Shown here: positions 1 through 9,117 of the stretch, one piece after another
Layout: each line of letters starts with the position of its first letter
Numbering within the stretch: the stretch's first letter is position 1
Virus record (IMG/VR): IMGVR_UViG_3300045391_004554
Location: 1 to 64,000 of that record
Strand: one strand, 5' to 3'
Length of the DNA stretch: 64,000 nucleotides
Source of the DNA: a virus
Translations under genes and position numbers: made by a program
The notes under the pieces: model-generated
Seen by the model: only the letters and a program-made list of their open reading frames with translations
Databases searched by the model: none
What the model was told of the DNA's origin: nothing

Positions 1-157
1 CGAAGCTTTTTTCAAAAGTTAAACGTAAGCGATGCTTCATGTGCACGCAAGATGTTGTGTTGTGTGAACGTGCATGACGTACACCAAACGACGCGTACTA
101 ATAAATCAGGGTACACCCCTGAACACGTCTAGATTTGCCGGAAAATAAATAGAGTGC

Positions 158-787
158 CTAGTCGGCCTTGGACCGCTTCACCAGGCGGCGCTTCTTTTGG
201 AGCTCAGCCTTCCTGGCTTTCTGTTTGATGGCATAGGATGGCCTGGTAATGTCAGTCTCGTATTCTGGCATGCCCGGCAGCAGTATGGTGATGTAAATCT
301 CGGTCCGTGGCCAGTCGCGTTGGACCTTCCCGTCGAGAACTAACGGGCTGAATACCTGGAAGCAGTCCTTGCGGATAATTCCGACGTCCTGCATCATGTC
401 ATTGAGGGTCTCGGTCTTGTTGGTTAAATCGCGTTCACGATTGTCTGGGAAGTAGAAAAGGAGCTTCCCTTTGGCCCGATCGATTGGCAGGGGAATTTTA
501 TGCCGGTTAATGATATCGTCGCGCCAAGCCTCGAATATTTTTTTGTGCTTCCGGTGCCAGGCGCCATGGGATGCAGATGCCACGATCATTGGAGTGCTCG
601 TAGAAGCCCCAGAATCGTCTACGCCTTTTTTGTAGGCAATCTGCTGATTATTCTTTTTTGAGGGCACCACGAGCTTCTTTACCCTGTCAAAATCGATAAT
701 TTGACCATCATCAAGCTCTACAGAATAGATTTTCTCAGCCACCTCGCCTTTGAGGACCAGCTTTAAGGTTTTATATTTTGGCGCCAC
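158..787 (-). CDS. RusA-like Holliday junction resolvase/endodeoxyribonuclease
   Basis: RDLTNKTETLNDMMQDVGIIRKD resembles the RusA D-x-D-N-x(6)-D-x(8)-D catalytic region, followed by PRTEIYI. Confidence 0.65.
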   Translation of the reverse strand: MAPKYKTLKLVLKGEVAEKIYSVELDDGQIIDFDRVKKLVVPSKKNNQQIAYKKGVDDSGASTSTPMIVASASHGAWHRKHKKIFEAWRDDIINRHKIPLPIDRAKGKLLFYFPDNRERDLTNKTETLNDMMQDVGIIRKDCFQVFSPLVLDGKVQRDWPRTEIYITILLPGMPEYETDITRPSYAIKQKARKAELQKKRRLVKRSKAD

Positions 788-1325
788 GGAGCTGCTTTAT
801 AGCATTCATTTTCTCTACAACCGTTTGTGCGGGAGTATTTGCATGGGCTATTTTGGCAGTGGATGCCTTTTTCCCTACGCTATTTTTTATTTCACCCTCT
901 TCTGCGTCTATTCCTACGTCCGGAGGTGAGATAATCGATTGTGGGGCTTTATTTGAGGTCAAATTTATCCACGAAGGTAGATATGGTTCCGGATTTATGT
1001 TTAAGCAATCTGGTGTTCCAAAAACCTTTGCGAGCAATTCACGCTCAAAATTTACCAGCACTGCATGATCATCGGTAGTCAAGATCACCTCAAATGTGCA
1101 GGAAAGTATCCGCCCCCTTTTGATGTACTGACAAACCTGGTAGAACAGATCCGTCTCCGGACATCCTAACCTAACCTTCCTAGAAAGGTCCCGGCAAACC
1201 TGATCTGCAGTTTGCTTAAGTGCTTTTGCCTTCCAGATGAAATATTTTTTTCCGAACCAAATTTTAACCAGGCAGGTATTGCTTGGATATTTTTCTTTGA
1301 AGCCATAGGGAAAATACATTGCCAT
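771..1325 (-). CDS. Degenerate GIY-YIG-like domain protein
   Basis: KKYFIWKAK, later E and CLN spacing resemble the GIY-YIG fold, but the motifs are diverged; low-complexity C-terminus. Confidence 0.4.
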   Translation of the reverse strand: MAMYFPYGFKEKYPSNTCLVKIWFGKKYFIWKAKALKQTADQVCRDLSRKVRLGCPETDLFYQVCQYIKRGRILSCTFEVILTTDDHAVLVNFERELLAKVFGTPDCLNINPEPYLPSWINLTSNKAPQSIISPPDVGIDAEEGEIKNSVGKKASTAKIAHANTPAQTVVEKMNAIKQLRGAKI

Positions 1326-1399
1326 TTTTTATCAGATTTTTTTATGTCACAAATTTAAATCAATTTTTTAACATAAAAAATATACTCAAAAATTATTTT

Positions 1400-1826
1400 T
1401 AATCCAACCCTCAGATACTCACCCGGAAGGGGGTGGGTGGGCTGGCCGGGCTGTCCTGGGGCAACGGATCACGCTGGACCAGGCCGGACCAACTTCCAAA
1501 AAGGGACTCCTGCTCCGCTTGCGCTGTGCCGTCTGTCTGTCGCTTGCGCTCCGCTATCAGGCTGCTGTCTGTCTGCTGTTTGTTTCGCGCACTCTATTTT
1601 ATTTTCCTGCCGGTTTGTGATAAGCTCGGACCAATGGCGCTGGGGTCTTATGTGTTGGGGGTTGAGGATTGTCTTTTGGTAGGGTGAAGGGGAGGCTTGG
1701 GGGTGTTGTGTGTTGGAGGTTGTGGGCGTTCCCCTTTCGCTCTTTTGGGCTGAGCGAAGGGGGCGGGCTTTCCGCTGTATCTTCCCTGATGGAAGGGAAG
1801 GATGTCGCTGCAATCCCTAACGCGGT
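1400..1826. other. GC-rich, G/T-skewed non-coding region; possible genome terminus/packaging region
   Basis: Composition departs sharply from the AT-rich genome (GGGGGTGGGTGGG, GT runs); only spurious-looking ORFs; lies about 0.6-1 kb before the early promoter. Confidence 0.35.
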
Positions 1827-2273
1827 CTATTGGCTGTCTTTTGCTGGCTGGCTACATATATCTGGCATTCCTGCATTAATATACGCTTCTAAGAATGTCT
1901 CCACAGAACCATATTTTATTTTAATGTTCCTGTAATGTTGCTTAGGGATTGCTATCTCAAACCTCATTAATCTCCGTGGCTTAGGTGCTCTTCCATTATG
2001 CGAGTTACACAGGTATTCGTCGTTCATTAATGGTTTAATATGCCCCATTTCTATTAAAATAAGGTCTTCATACTCGCACTCCTCCAAAACATCAACATTT
2101 GGCTCTCCATATTTATTAAATGCGTGCTGTAGTTTGCCGTTAGGATGTTTATTCTTTTTAAGGTCTCTTAAATGGCTGATATACCTATCGCCTATATTCC
2201 CAGACTTTCCGATGTAGTAGAATTTACAGCTATCCCAGTAAAGCTTGTAAATTCCGCATTTGTTTTCTTCCAT
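1827..2273 (-). CDS. GIY-YIG endonuclease
   Basis: GIYKLY...YYIGKS...R..H...E...N motif; ATG at 2273 lies 3 nt after a TATATTTG -7 box (2277-2284), suggesting a leaderless mRNA. Confidence 0.85.
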   Translation of the reverse strand: MEENKCGIYKLYWDSCKFYYIGKSGNIGDRYISHLRDLKKNKHPNGKLQHAFNKYGEPNVDVLEECEYEDLILIEMGHIKPLMNDEYLCNSHNGRAPKPRRLMRFEIAIPKQHYRNIKIKYGSVETFLEAYINAGMPDICSQPAKDSQ

Positions 2274-2426
2274 CTTCAAATATAACCTTTATACTATTTA
2301 CAATCAATAGCAGATAATCCAACACAAATACATGTACATATTCATATCAAATGTGTATATAGATACCCTACATTAGTATTGATAATCAGCAGATTATAAA
2401 TTATTTTAAAATAAATTAAACTTTTA

Positions 2427-2459
2427 TTTGGAATTAACGTACATATACATGTATATTAG
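2427..2459 (+). promoter_or_regulatory. Bacteroidota sigma70-type early promoter
   Basis: TTTG (2427-2430), 21-nt spacer, TATATTAG (2452-2459; consensus TAnnTTTG); A/T-rich upstream. Confidence 0.65.
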
Positions 2460-2699
2460 CAGAGCGGTTCACTATATGACCGCAAATAGCGTACTAACTT
2501 TCTTAGCATTATACTTCTCAATGCTACTAACCACCTCCGAAAGTTACAGCTATAATAGACACGTGTTGAACGTGTACAGTTAGAGAGTGAAGCCACACTA
2601 AAAACTCTCCGGTCGGGATAACCTGAATTGAACCCGCGTTAAGCTCAAATAGAGTGCCATCGAATAAACCGCAGGCTTGAAATAGTGTCACGGTCAAAG

Positions 2700-2765
2700 T
2701 AAAACGTAAACGGATTAAATCCGTTCTGACGAGTCCTTTACAGTAATACAGGACGAAACGTTTTA
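2700..2765 (+). ncRNA. Hammerhead ribozyme, type III
   Basis: Stem III UAAAACG/CGUUUUA, GUA cleavage triplet (cut after 2708), stem I AACGGA/UCCGUU, core CUGACGA (2726-2732), stem II GUCC/GGAC, GAAA (2755-2758). Confidence 0.95.
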
Positions 2766-2779
2766 AAATCACAAATCAC

Positions 2780-3058
2780 ATGAAAACACAATCAGAAGTT
2801 TACACCACAAAGTTTATGGCTCACAATCCAACCGTGTTAGATACCAGAGTCAACAGCAACCGCCAAGTGTGCACCTTTTTAGAGCATCCAACACTAGGCG
2901 AAGATGCAGCAGTATATGTAATGATCGGTGAAATATTAGCCGATACAGAGTTTTTTGACCTTGAAGACTTTTATTACGGCTCAGATTATGAACCTACATT
3001 AATTGACGGCAAGATCATATGTAAATTTGAATATCAGCCAGTAAACAGCCATGAATGA
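2780..3058 (+). CDS. Hypothetical early protein
   Basis: ORF with A-rich leader directly after the hammerhead. Confidence 0.8.
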   Translation: MKTQSEVYTTKFMAHNPTVLDTRVNSNRQVCTFLEHPTLGEDAAVYVMIGEILADTEFFDLEDFYYGSDYEPTLIDGKIICKFEYQPVNSHE

Positions 3059-3248
3059 TAACATTCCTTACATGTCTGCCGAATACGGCAACGGTCAGCA
3101 AGATAAAGCAAAACAAATGTTCGCCAGCCTGTCACCAACACAACAAACCGAATGCGTAGACTTTTTGTCCGGGCATATGTGGTATGATGTGTTAGACTAT
3201 GACGAGTTAGGCGACTTTGAATTATTTATTAACTTCTTAAAATCATGA
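3051..3248 (+). CDS. Hypothetical early protein
   Basis: ORF overlapping upstream stop. Confidence 0.7.
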   Translation: MNDNIPYMSAEYGNGQQDKAKQMFASLSPTQQTECVDFLSGHMWYDVLDYDELGDFELFINFLKS

Positions 3249-3252
3249 AAGC

Positions 3253-3480
3253 ATGAAAGCACAACTTTGTAAATGCAATAACTGCAACGCCATAATGGTA
3301 GATATGAACCCAGCCGAACAGCCGGAATTTGAAATTCTATCTACTATAATTGACATGGAAAATATACAGGAAATAGACCCCGATAACCCCGCTAACCTTT
3401 GCGAAAACTTTTGGGGTTGTCCTAACTGTAAAACCGATGCGCATCTAATTGATATTATATCTATATCACAACTCCACTAA
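3253..3480 (+). CDS. Zinc-ribbon small protein
   Basis: CNNC and CPNC pairs. Confidence 0.75.
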   Translation: MKAQLCKCNNCNAIMVDMNPAEQPEFEILSTIIDMENIQEIDPDNPANLCENFWGCPNCKTDAHLIDIISISQLH

Positions 3481-3532
3481 GGGAGTATAAACCCTATTAG
3501 GCTTAGTGCGTGCCCTTATTTAGGGCGGTCAG
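3471..3532 (+). ncRNA. Pistol ribozyme 1
   Basis: P1 ACUCC/GGAGU, loop ACUAAG pairs with CUUAGU (pseudoknot), AUAAA, GCGU, P3 GCCCU/AGGGC, G-GU-CAG; P2 has one mismatch. Confidence 0.85.
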
Positions 3533-3550
3533 TAAACAAATTTAAATCAC

Positions 3551-4099
3551 ATGAAAACATCTTATTATCACGGTACAAATGCCGATAACCTGCCCCATAT
3601 TTTAAAACACGGCTTGCAATGTTATGAGTCAAAATTATGGACTGTATCAGAAGACGCCATTTATTTATGGCATCCTGAATCATGCGGTAAAGCTAACGAC
3701 TTAGACCCTGAATATTGGGAATCGGAGGCATTTAGATTAGCTAACGAAAGCGGTCAAATTGCCTGTTCGATTGCTAAAGATTGTCGGGTAGTTGTTCTTA
3801 AAATAGAACTTGACGACGAATTAGTTTCCGGCGATACTTCATGCGAGAATATGGAGTCAGGAGGCGCAAAATGCATATATGACAATATCCCAGTTGAGGC
3901 AATAACAGAAATTCACGTATCTAATGATTTATCTTTAGTTAAAGGCTACTTTATGTCTCTAATTTCAAAACGTCGTTATTGCAATATTGATTTTACACCC
4001 TTTGAGCAACAAGTCGCAAAAATGTTTGAAGGAGGCTATTTAATAGACCATTTGGATGATTATATAGAATTTGAAAAATTAGCCGTGGCAACGGCTTAA
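3551..4099 (+). CDS. ADP-ribosyltransferase-fold (ART/Tpt1-like) protein
   Basis: YYHGT-x(3)-L-xx-I-xxx-GL, AIYL, VVLKI and IPVEAI motifs typical of the ART superfamily. Confidence 0.55.
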   Translation: MKTSYYHGTNADNLPHILKHGLQCYESKLWTVSEDAIYLWHPESCGKANDLDPEYWESEAFRLANESGQIACSIAKDCRVVVLKIELDDELVSGDTSCENMESGGAKCIYDNIPVEAITEIHVSNDLSLVKGYFMSLISKRRYCNIDFTPFEQQVAKMFEGGYLIDHLDDYIEFEKLAVATA

Positions 4100-4148
4100 A
4101 ATAGTCTGTTAAGTTGCCAGCGTTCCCGGTTCAATGCCGGGAGGTCAG
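4081..4148 (+). ncRNA. Pistol ribozyme 2
   Basis: P1 AGCCG/CGGCU, pseudoknot UGGCAA/UUGCCA, UAAAAUAG, P2 CUG/CAG, UUAAG, GCGU, P3 UCCCGGU/GCCGGGA, G-GU. Confidence 0.95.
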
Positions 4149-4164
4149 TAAATCACAAAATCAA

Positions 4165-4326
4165 ATGGAAAAGTTAAACAAAATTATTTACCTTAAAAAA
4201 GGTGGCTATGATTGCACAGAAGAAGAAAGTGCATTAATTAAATCTCTTATAAAAGACTTAGTTAAATATTTCCCTATTGAACACAGCGAAGCCATTGAAG
4301 AGCTTGAAAAGGAGGCGCAATCATGA
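4165..4326 (+). CDS. Hypothetical early protein (start revised to MEKLN)
   Basis: ATG 4165 with A-rich leader; the track start (TTG 4114) lies inside the ribozyme. Confidence 0.7.
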   Translation: MEKLNKIIYLKKGGYDCTEEESALIKSLIKDLVKYFPIEHSEAIEELEKEAQS

Positions 4327-5291
4327 AAAATAATTTCAAACCTAAAAGCAAAAGCGCAGCAAGTGCCAACCCTTTCGACGTTTACCAGATGGTAACGGAT
4401 AAGATTTTAAAGCAGATTGAGGAGACCGGGCGCCTGCCTTGGACAAAACCGTGGAAAAGTGCAGGACTATCCGGCAACGGTGTATTTCCAATGAACGGCA
4501 AAACTAAAAGACGTTACGAAGGCGTTAACTTCTTTTTGCTACAGTTTTCCGGTTTTACCTCTCCTTACTGGCTATCATTCAAACAGGTTGAAGAGCTAAA
4601 AGGCACAATACGCAAAGGCGAAAAGGCCACGCAAATCGTATTTTGGAAGATCAATAAATACGATGAAAAAGACGAGACCACCGGAGAAATTAAGCAAAAA
4701 CAAGTCCCTTTACTACGTTATTACAACGTGTTTAATGTGGAACAGTGCGAAGGCTTAAATTTGCCAGTTGAAGCAATTGCAGAGCCTACAGAGCCACAAA
4801 ATGATAATACGCCTATTGAGCTAAGCGAATCAGTGATAGACCAATACGGACGCTTACAACCAGCCTTAACTATTCAGGTTAGCGAGAGTAACGAAGCCTA
4901 CTACCAGCCGGGACGCGATTTAGTTAATATGCCAGTTATTAACCAGTTTGAAAGCAGCGAAGCGTTTTATTCTGTCTTCTTTCACGAACTTGCACATAGC
5001 ACAGGCCACAAGGACAGGCTAAACCGCAAAGAGGTTGTTGAAGGTAGTGTATTTGGTTCAGGCGGTTACGGTCAAGAGGAACTTTGCGCAGAGTTAACAG
5101 CCGCTTTTATTTGTGCCGAAGTCGGTATTAATAATGAGACCACAGAGACCCGCAGCGCATCGTATATTAAAAATTGGATGCAGACTATTAAAGCAGATAA
5201 GAAACTGTTTATTATGGCAGCAGGACGCGCCAGCAAGGCCGCTAATTACATATTAAATAAGGATGCAGCCATAGAGGAGGAAGTAAACTAA
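4323..5291 (+). CDS. ardC: ArdC-family anti-restriction/ssDNA-binding protein with zincin-like domain
   Basis: PWTKPW, YEGVN, WLSFKQ, IRKGEK, YNVFNVEQ, HELAHSTGH, EELCAEL, SYIKNW motifs. Confidence 0.92.
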   Translation: MKNNFKPKSKSAASANPFDVYQMVTDKILKQIEETGRLPWTKPWKSAGLSGNGVFPMNGKTKRRYEGVNFFLLQFSGFTSPYWLSFKQVEELKGTIRKGEKATQIVFWKINKYDEKDETTGEIKQKQVPLLRYYNVFNVEQCEGLNLPVEAIAEPTEPQNDNTPIELSESVIDQYGRLQPALTIQVSESNEAYYQPGRDLVNMPVINQFESSEAFYSVFFHELAHSTGHKDRLNRKEVVEGSVFGSGGYGQEELCAELTAAFICAEVGINNETTETRSASYIKNWMQTIKADKKLFIMAAGRASKAANYILNKDAAIEEEVN

Positions 5292-5293
5292 AT

Positions 5294-5368
5294 GCCGTCT
5301 AAGCGGCTTAAAATAGTTCTGTCAAGCTTAGAGCGTTCAACCCGTGTTTGTATACGGGTTGAGGTCAG
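5294..5368 (+). ncRNA. Pistol ribozyme 3
   Basis: P1 GCCG/CGGC, pseudoknot UCUAAG/CUUAGA, UUAAAAUAG, CUG/CAG, GCGU, long P3 UCAACCCGUGU/AUACGGGUUGA, G-GU. Confidence 0.95.
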
Positions 5369-5383
5369 TAAAATTAAATCATT

Positions 5384-5641
5384 ATGTCAACTTACTATTA
5401 TCTTAGAGAATCCGCTAACGGTAAGAAAAAGCGGTTTTTAAACAATTGGGATATTATAAAATATCTCGAAGAAAAGCACAATCTTAAAATTGAATGCGCA
5501 GTAGTTGCAGCTTGGAATATTCAAAAAGTATTCTACGTTGCAGCAGGGGAACCCGAAGCAGGAAAGTATATAGCCGAAACTGTATATCTTAATGAAAAGG
5601 ATGAATTGAGTTATTTACGCACAAACATGTTAATTAGCTAA
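5384..5641 (+). CDS. Hypothetical early protein
   Basis: ORF after pistol 3. Confidence 0.75.
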   Translation: MSTYYYLRESANGKKKRFLNNWDIIKYLEEKHNLKIECAVVAAWNIQKVFYVAAGEPEAGKYIAETVYLNEKDELSYLRTNMLIS

Positions 5642-5647
5642 GTCATT

Positions 5648-6004
5648 ATGGAAACATTAACATTAACCCAGCGGGATATGAAACCGCTTTTAATTGAGAC
5701 AGAAGGCAACGAAGTTTTTAACGAAAAACACATGTTAGCCGAAATATTCAATTGTGTGAAATTCTGGAACCGGGAGGGCCTACACTGTCATATTAATAAC
5801 AATGAGCACTACAAAACCGGAGGCAGCTACGAGGATTTTATTTTACGCTGTATCGCAGCAGATTGCCGGGCCTTCGTTAACGCTAAAAAATCAGTGTGGA
5901 ATCCTAATGTAATTGAAGGAGCTTATATAACTGGTAAAGGAGGCAACCACGTTTGGGTTGCCCGTGCCAGTGACAACGAACGTATTTTATTTATTCACTT
6001 TTAA
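5648..6004 (+). CDS. Hypothetical early protein
   Basis: ORF in operon. Confidence 0.8.
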   Translation: METLTLTQRDMKPLLIETEGNEVFNEKHMLAEIFNCVKFWNREGLHCHINNNEHYKTGGSYEDFILRCIAADCRAFVNAKKSVWNPNVIEGAYITGKGGNHVWVARASDNERILFIHF

Positions 6005-6017
6005 AATCACAACCATT

Positions 6018-6131
6018 ATGGAATTTTTAAAACTTATTGGCGGCTTTGTGGGAACTGGTGTTCCTGCTTTGCTTATTGTGGGTACACTCGTTTTTTCTGC
6101 TAAACAGGTACGTAAAGAGCTTGGAGTATAG
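6018..6131 (+). CDS. Small single-TM membrane peptide (37 aa)
   Basis: MEFLKLIGGFVGTGVPALLIVGTLVFSAKQVRKELGV, good A-rich leader; below track cutoff. Confidence 0.55.
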   Translation: MEFLKLIGGFVGTGVPALLIVGTLVFSAKQVRKELGV

Positions 6132-6225
6132 TCCAGGCTCTTGATCATTACCCGGTAGATAGTTTGGAGATCACGTTTGATACCACTTATCTATATATAC
6201 ATAAAGTTTGAGTTAACATTATTTC

Positions 6226-6300
6226 AGTCGGTGCAACGACTTTAAATATCTGTTAGGTTGCACGCGTGCGTACCTGTAGCTTATATTGGTACGCGGTCAG
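6226..6300 (+). ncRNA. Pistol ribozyme 4
   Basis: P1 AGUCG/CGACU, pseudoknot GUGCAA/UUGCAC, UUAAAUA, CUG/CAG, GCGU, P3 GCGUACC/GGUACGC, G-GU. Confidence 0.95.
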
Positions 6301-6315
6301 TAAATTTAAAACATC

Positions 6316-6813
6316 ATGAAAACTAACTTGCCATCTGAAATTACCTCTATTGAAGAGGCTAAAAAATTCCTATCTGAATTACATGCCAATGGGGAATCGT
6401 TTCACCCAGAGGATAACGCGCACGATATAGATTGGGATTTACCTGACGAGCAAAAGCCTGATTATATGCAGTCACGTCAACTTAATAAACTAATGTTTGA
6501 CATTTATAACCTGCCGGGTAATGATAGGAGTCATGTTAATTTAGCTTTTGATCCTTGTGATTATCTGCTTTGGTTGGATGTTAATTTTAATGACAGCAGA
6601 CTAAAGGAAGCTATTGAAAACGGCACTCTTGAAAAGTTTACTACCGAATACGAGTACGTCATCGAAAAAGGCCCAGACCCATATAATCCCTGCTATGAGT
6701 TAACACTTATTAGCGGAGATAATATAATTATGGTGCTGGAATATAACACCCGCCAAGACGCCGAGTATGATGTAGAAATATTGGAACATTGGCTAAATAT
6801 TACCGAAGCATAA
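6316..6813 (+). CDS. Hypothetical acidic early protein
   Basis: ORF after pistol 4. Confidence 0.8.
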   Translation: MKTNLPSEITSIEEAKKFLSELHANGESFHPEDNAHDIDWDLPDEQKPDYMQSRQLNKLMFDIYNLPGNDRSHVNLAFDPCDYLLWLDVNFNDSRLKEAIENGTLEKFTTEYEYVIEKGPDPYNPCYELTLISGDNIIMVLEYNTRQDAEYDVEILEHWLNITEA

Positions 6814-6818
6814 ATAAT

Positions 6819-7067
6819 ATGAGAACGACAATTACCCGAATTCTGGATATTCCTAAGATGGATTTACCAGATACATTTGTTAGTTCATTGCACGCGTGCT
6901 CATGCTATGAGGATAACGTAGAGCAGCAGCACATCTACAATTCATTTGACCTCTTAAATAATGGCCTTTTTGCTGGCGTTTTCAATAAAGCAAATAAAAC
7001 TATCCTTCAAGAAATTGAGGCTTTATGCCTTCAAAACGAGTGTACCTATTTCAGGTTAACTTACTAA
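6819..7067 (+). CDS. Hypothetical protein (start revised)
   Basis: ATG 6819 just after upstream stop. Confidence 0.7.
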   Translation: MRTTITRILDIPKMDLPDTFVSSLHACSCYEDNVEQQHIYNSFDLLNNGLFAGVFNKANKTILQEIEALCLQNECTYFRLTY

Positions 7068-7132
7068 AAACATACGTTTCATATCGCTGTAGCCAGCTTC
7101 AAGCTGGTAGAACAGATACAAAACATAACTTT

Positions 7133-7339
7133 ATGACGTCTTTAATAAAAAGCAAAGAAAATTTTGATAGGCTTGGACAAGTCGGCAAAATAAACTATAT
7201 GAAGAAATTAGGCTTTGCCTGGAATGCACTGGACTCTTACGATTTTTATGGCAGTGAGCGCAGGTTTTTTAGATGGCTGCATAGGAATAATCTTATAGAG
7301 CAATTTATAAACGATTTTTCTCATGAGTCGGCCTCTTAG
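7133..7339 (+). CDS. Hypothetical protein (start revised)
   Basis: ATG 7133 with A-rich leader. Confidence 0.65.
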   Translation: MTSLIKSKENFDRLGQVGKINYMKKLGFAWNALDSYDFYGSERRFFRWLHRNNLIEQFINDFSHESAS

Positions 7340-8046
7340 CGTATTAATCGATTGTGAGCGTTCAGGGATAGTCCGTGAAGCTTTTGCAAAACGCGGTTGG
7401 GATGCTTGGAGCTGCGATCTGGAAGATACCGAAATTCCAGGCAACCACATCAAAGGAGACGCAATAGCGGCCCTGCATTCACGCGTTTGGGATTTAGTTA
7501 TAGCTCATCCGCCTTGCACCCGTTTGGCTAATAGCGGAGTCCTACGGCTTTATATCGATGGCAAAAAGGTAAATGGCATCGACATTGGTAAATGGCATCG
7601 ACATTGGTAAATGGCGTGAAATGGAAGACGGGGCGCACTTCTTTAAAAAGTTTATTGGTAGTTGTGGATATCTGGCTATTGAAAATCCTATACCTCATAA
7701 ATATGCTTTGAAGATCATAGGTGATAAATATACCCAGATCATACAACCGCACCAATTTGGGGAAGATGCAAGTAAAGCAACCTGTTTGTGGCTCTATGGC
7801 CTCCCCAAACTTAAACCTACCCTGCACTATCCCCCGCGTTATGTAGATGGGAAAGCTCTTTGGGGAAATCAAACCGATAGCGGACAAAATAAATTACCGC
7901 CAGACAGCAAGAAAAATAAAGGACTACGGGCTAAAATGCGCTCACAAACGTATCACGGAATAGCTGATGCTATGAGTGCCCAGTGGGGATCATTCATTGA
8001 ACAAAAGTTTCATACTACCTTGTTTCACTCGTCGGAGCGAGTATAA
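7323..8046 (+). pseudogene. Phage-type C5 DNA cytosine methyltransferase, frameshifted by a 19-bp tandem duplication
   Basis: CERSG..VREAF, WSCDL, IAHPPCT in ORF 7323-7610; IENP, IQPHQFG, KATCLWL, RSQTY.GIADAM..QW in ORF 7573-8046; removing one repeat unit joins them. Confidence 0.85.
7568..7615 (+). repeat. 19-bp tandem repeat GGTAAATGGCATCGACATT x2 plus 10-bp partial copy
   Basis: Read directly from the sequence. Confidence 0.95.
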
Positions 8047-8097
8047 ATAGTGCTGCTTAAGCTTCGAGCGTTCCAACCTCTTTAGGTTGGAGATCAG
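8027..8097 (+). ncRNA. Pistol ribozyme 5 (A-U cleavage-site variant)
   Basis: P1 ACUCG/CGAGU, pseudoknot UCGGAG/CUUCGA (one G-U), AUAAAUAG, CUG/CAG, UUAAG, GCGU, P3 UCCAACCU/AGGUUGGA, G-AU. Confidence 0.92.
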
Positions 8098-8111
8098 TAA
8101 ATCATATAATC

Positions 8112-8828
8112 ATGAAAAAAGTATCATTATCATTAACTCAGGTTAATTACCTGATTGAAGAAAGTTTTAACAGTGGGTACAGGTCTGGTCAGAGCGCCCA
8201 ACGTTACTTAAGGTCAGAATGTATCCATCAAGATCAACTTGACAGGCTTAAGGAAGTTAAAGACGGATTATATTCAGAATTTAAGTTTGATAACGCTCAC
8301 GACCAGAACGGCTACTTTAATGCCTTCTCTCACTGTATCTGTATTCTTGCAGATTGGAGAGCTAATAAAGTAACCTTGCAGCCAGATGAAGACAAGCGCA
8401 TAGGTGAGCTTATTGGAGCATTCGAGAATATACACAATAAGTATGAAAATGAAGCCCTCCAAGAATCAAAGCAAACCTTTTCTGATCGTTTAATGGAAAC
8501 TTACCATTCGGCTAAGGCTACCATTGACGAACTTGTTAAACTTCATAACGGTAGCTTTGTGGTTTATGAGTCCTCAGCCGCCTATGACGAGGATGAAGAA
8601 TGCCTGACCGACGATTTCCTGGAAACCTCTACTTCTATTATCGTCAATACTACCTTTAACGATAATGAAACCGTTTATCTGTTAAAGCTGGAAGGCAGTG
8701 AGATATATTATATCACTGAACACGGCACTATAGATAGTGTGGATATCCAATTTGTGGATGACCACACGGTTTGCGATATCGCCGATTGGATAGTTGCCTG
8801 TAACCTGATTGAAAAAGCACAATCATGA
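8112..8828 (+). CDS. Hypothetical acidic early protein
   Basis: 238-aa ORF after pistol 5. Confidence 0.85.
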   Translation: MKKVSLSLTQVNYLIEESFNSGYRSGQSAQRYLRSECIHQDQLDRLKEVKDGLYSEFKFDNAHDQNGYFNAFSHCICILADWRANKVTLQPDEDKRIGELIGAFENIHNKYENEALQESKQTFSDRLMETYHSAKATIDELVKLHNGSFVVYESSAAYDEDEECLTDDFLETSTSIIVNTTFNDNETVYLLKLEGSEIYYITEHGTIDSVDIQFVDDHTVCDIADWIVACNLIEKAQS

Positions 8829-9117
8829 ACCGGGTACTATTCCTCACCTTCTGGATTGCCAAGCAAATCGGAGATGAACAACGAATGACTAACCTACAAC
8901 AAATTATTGTTGTAGGTGTACTGGTAGGTATGTTAGTTAATATGGTTTTAAATAGGTAAATCATGGCTGAAAAAGTATTTTACACGTTGATTATCTTGGC
9001 TCTTATTACAGTGTTAATAAGAATAATTTTATTGGCGTTCCTATTTTAGATCCGGCTATCGCCCTGCAAATCCCGGAGACCATCTCCGGGATAAAAAACA
9101 ACTTAACTTATATAATT

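Noticed and set aside
1433-1935. Overlapping ORFs in the GC-rich stretch
   Set aside because: Atypical composition, no A-rich leaders, mutually overlapping; likely spurious
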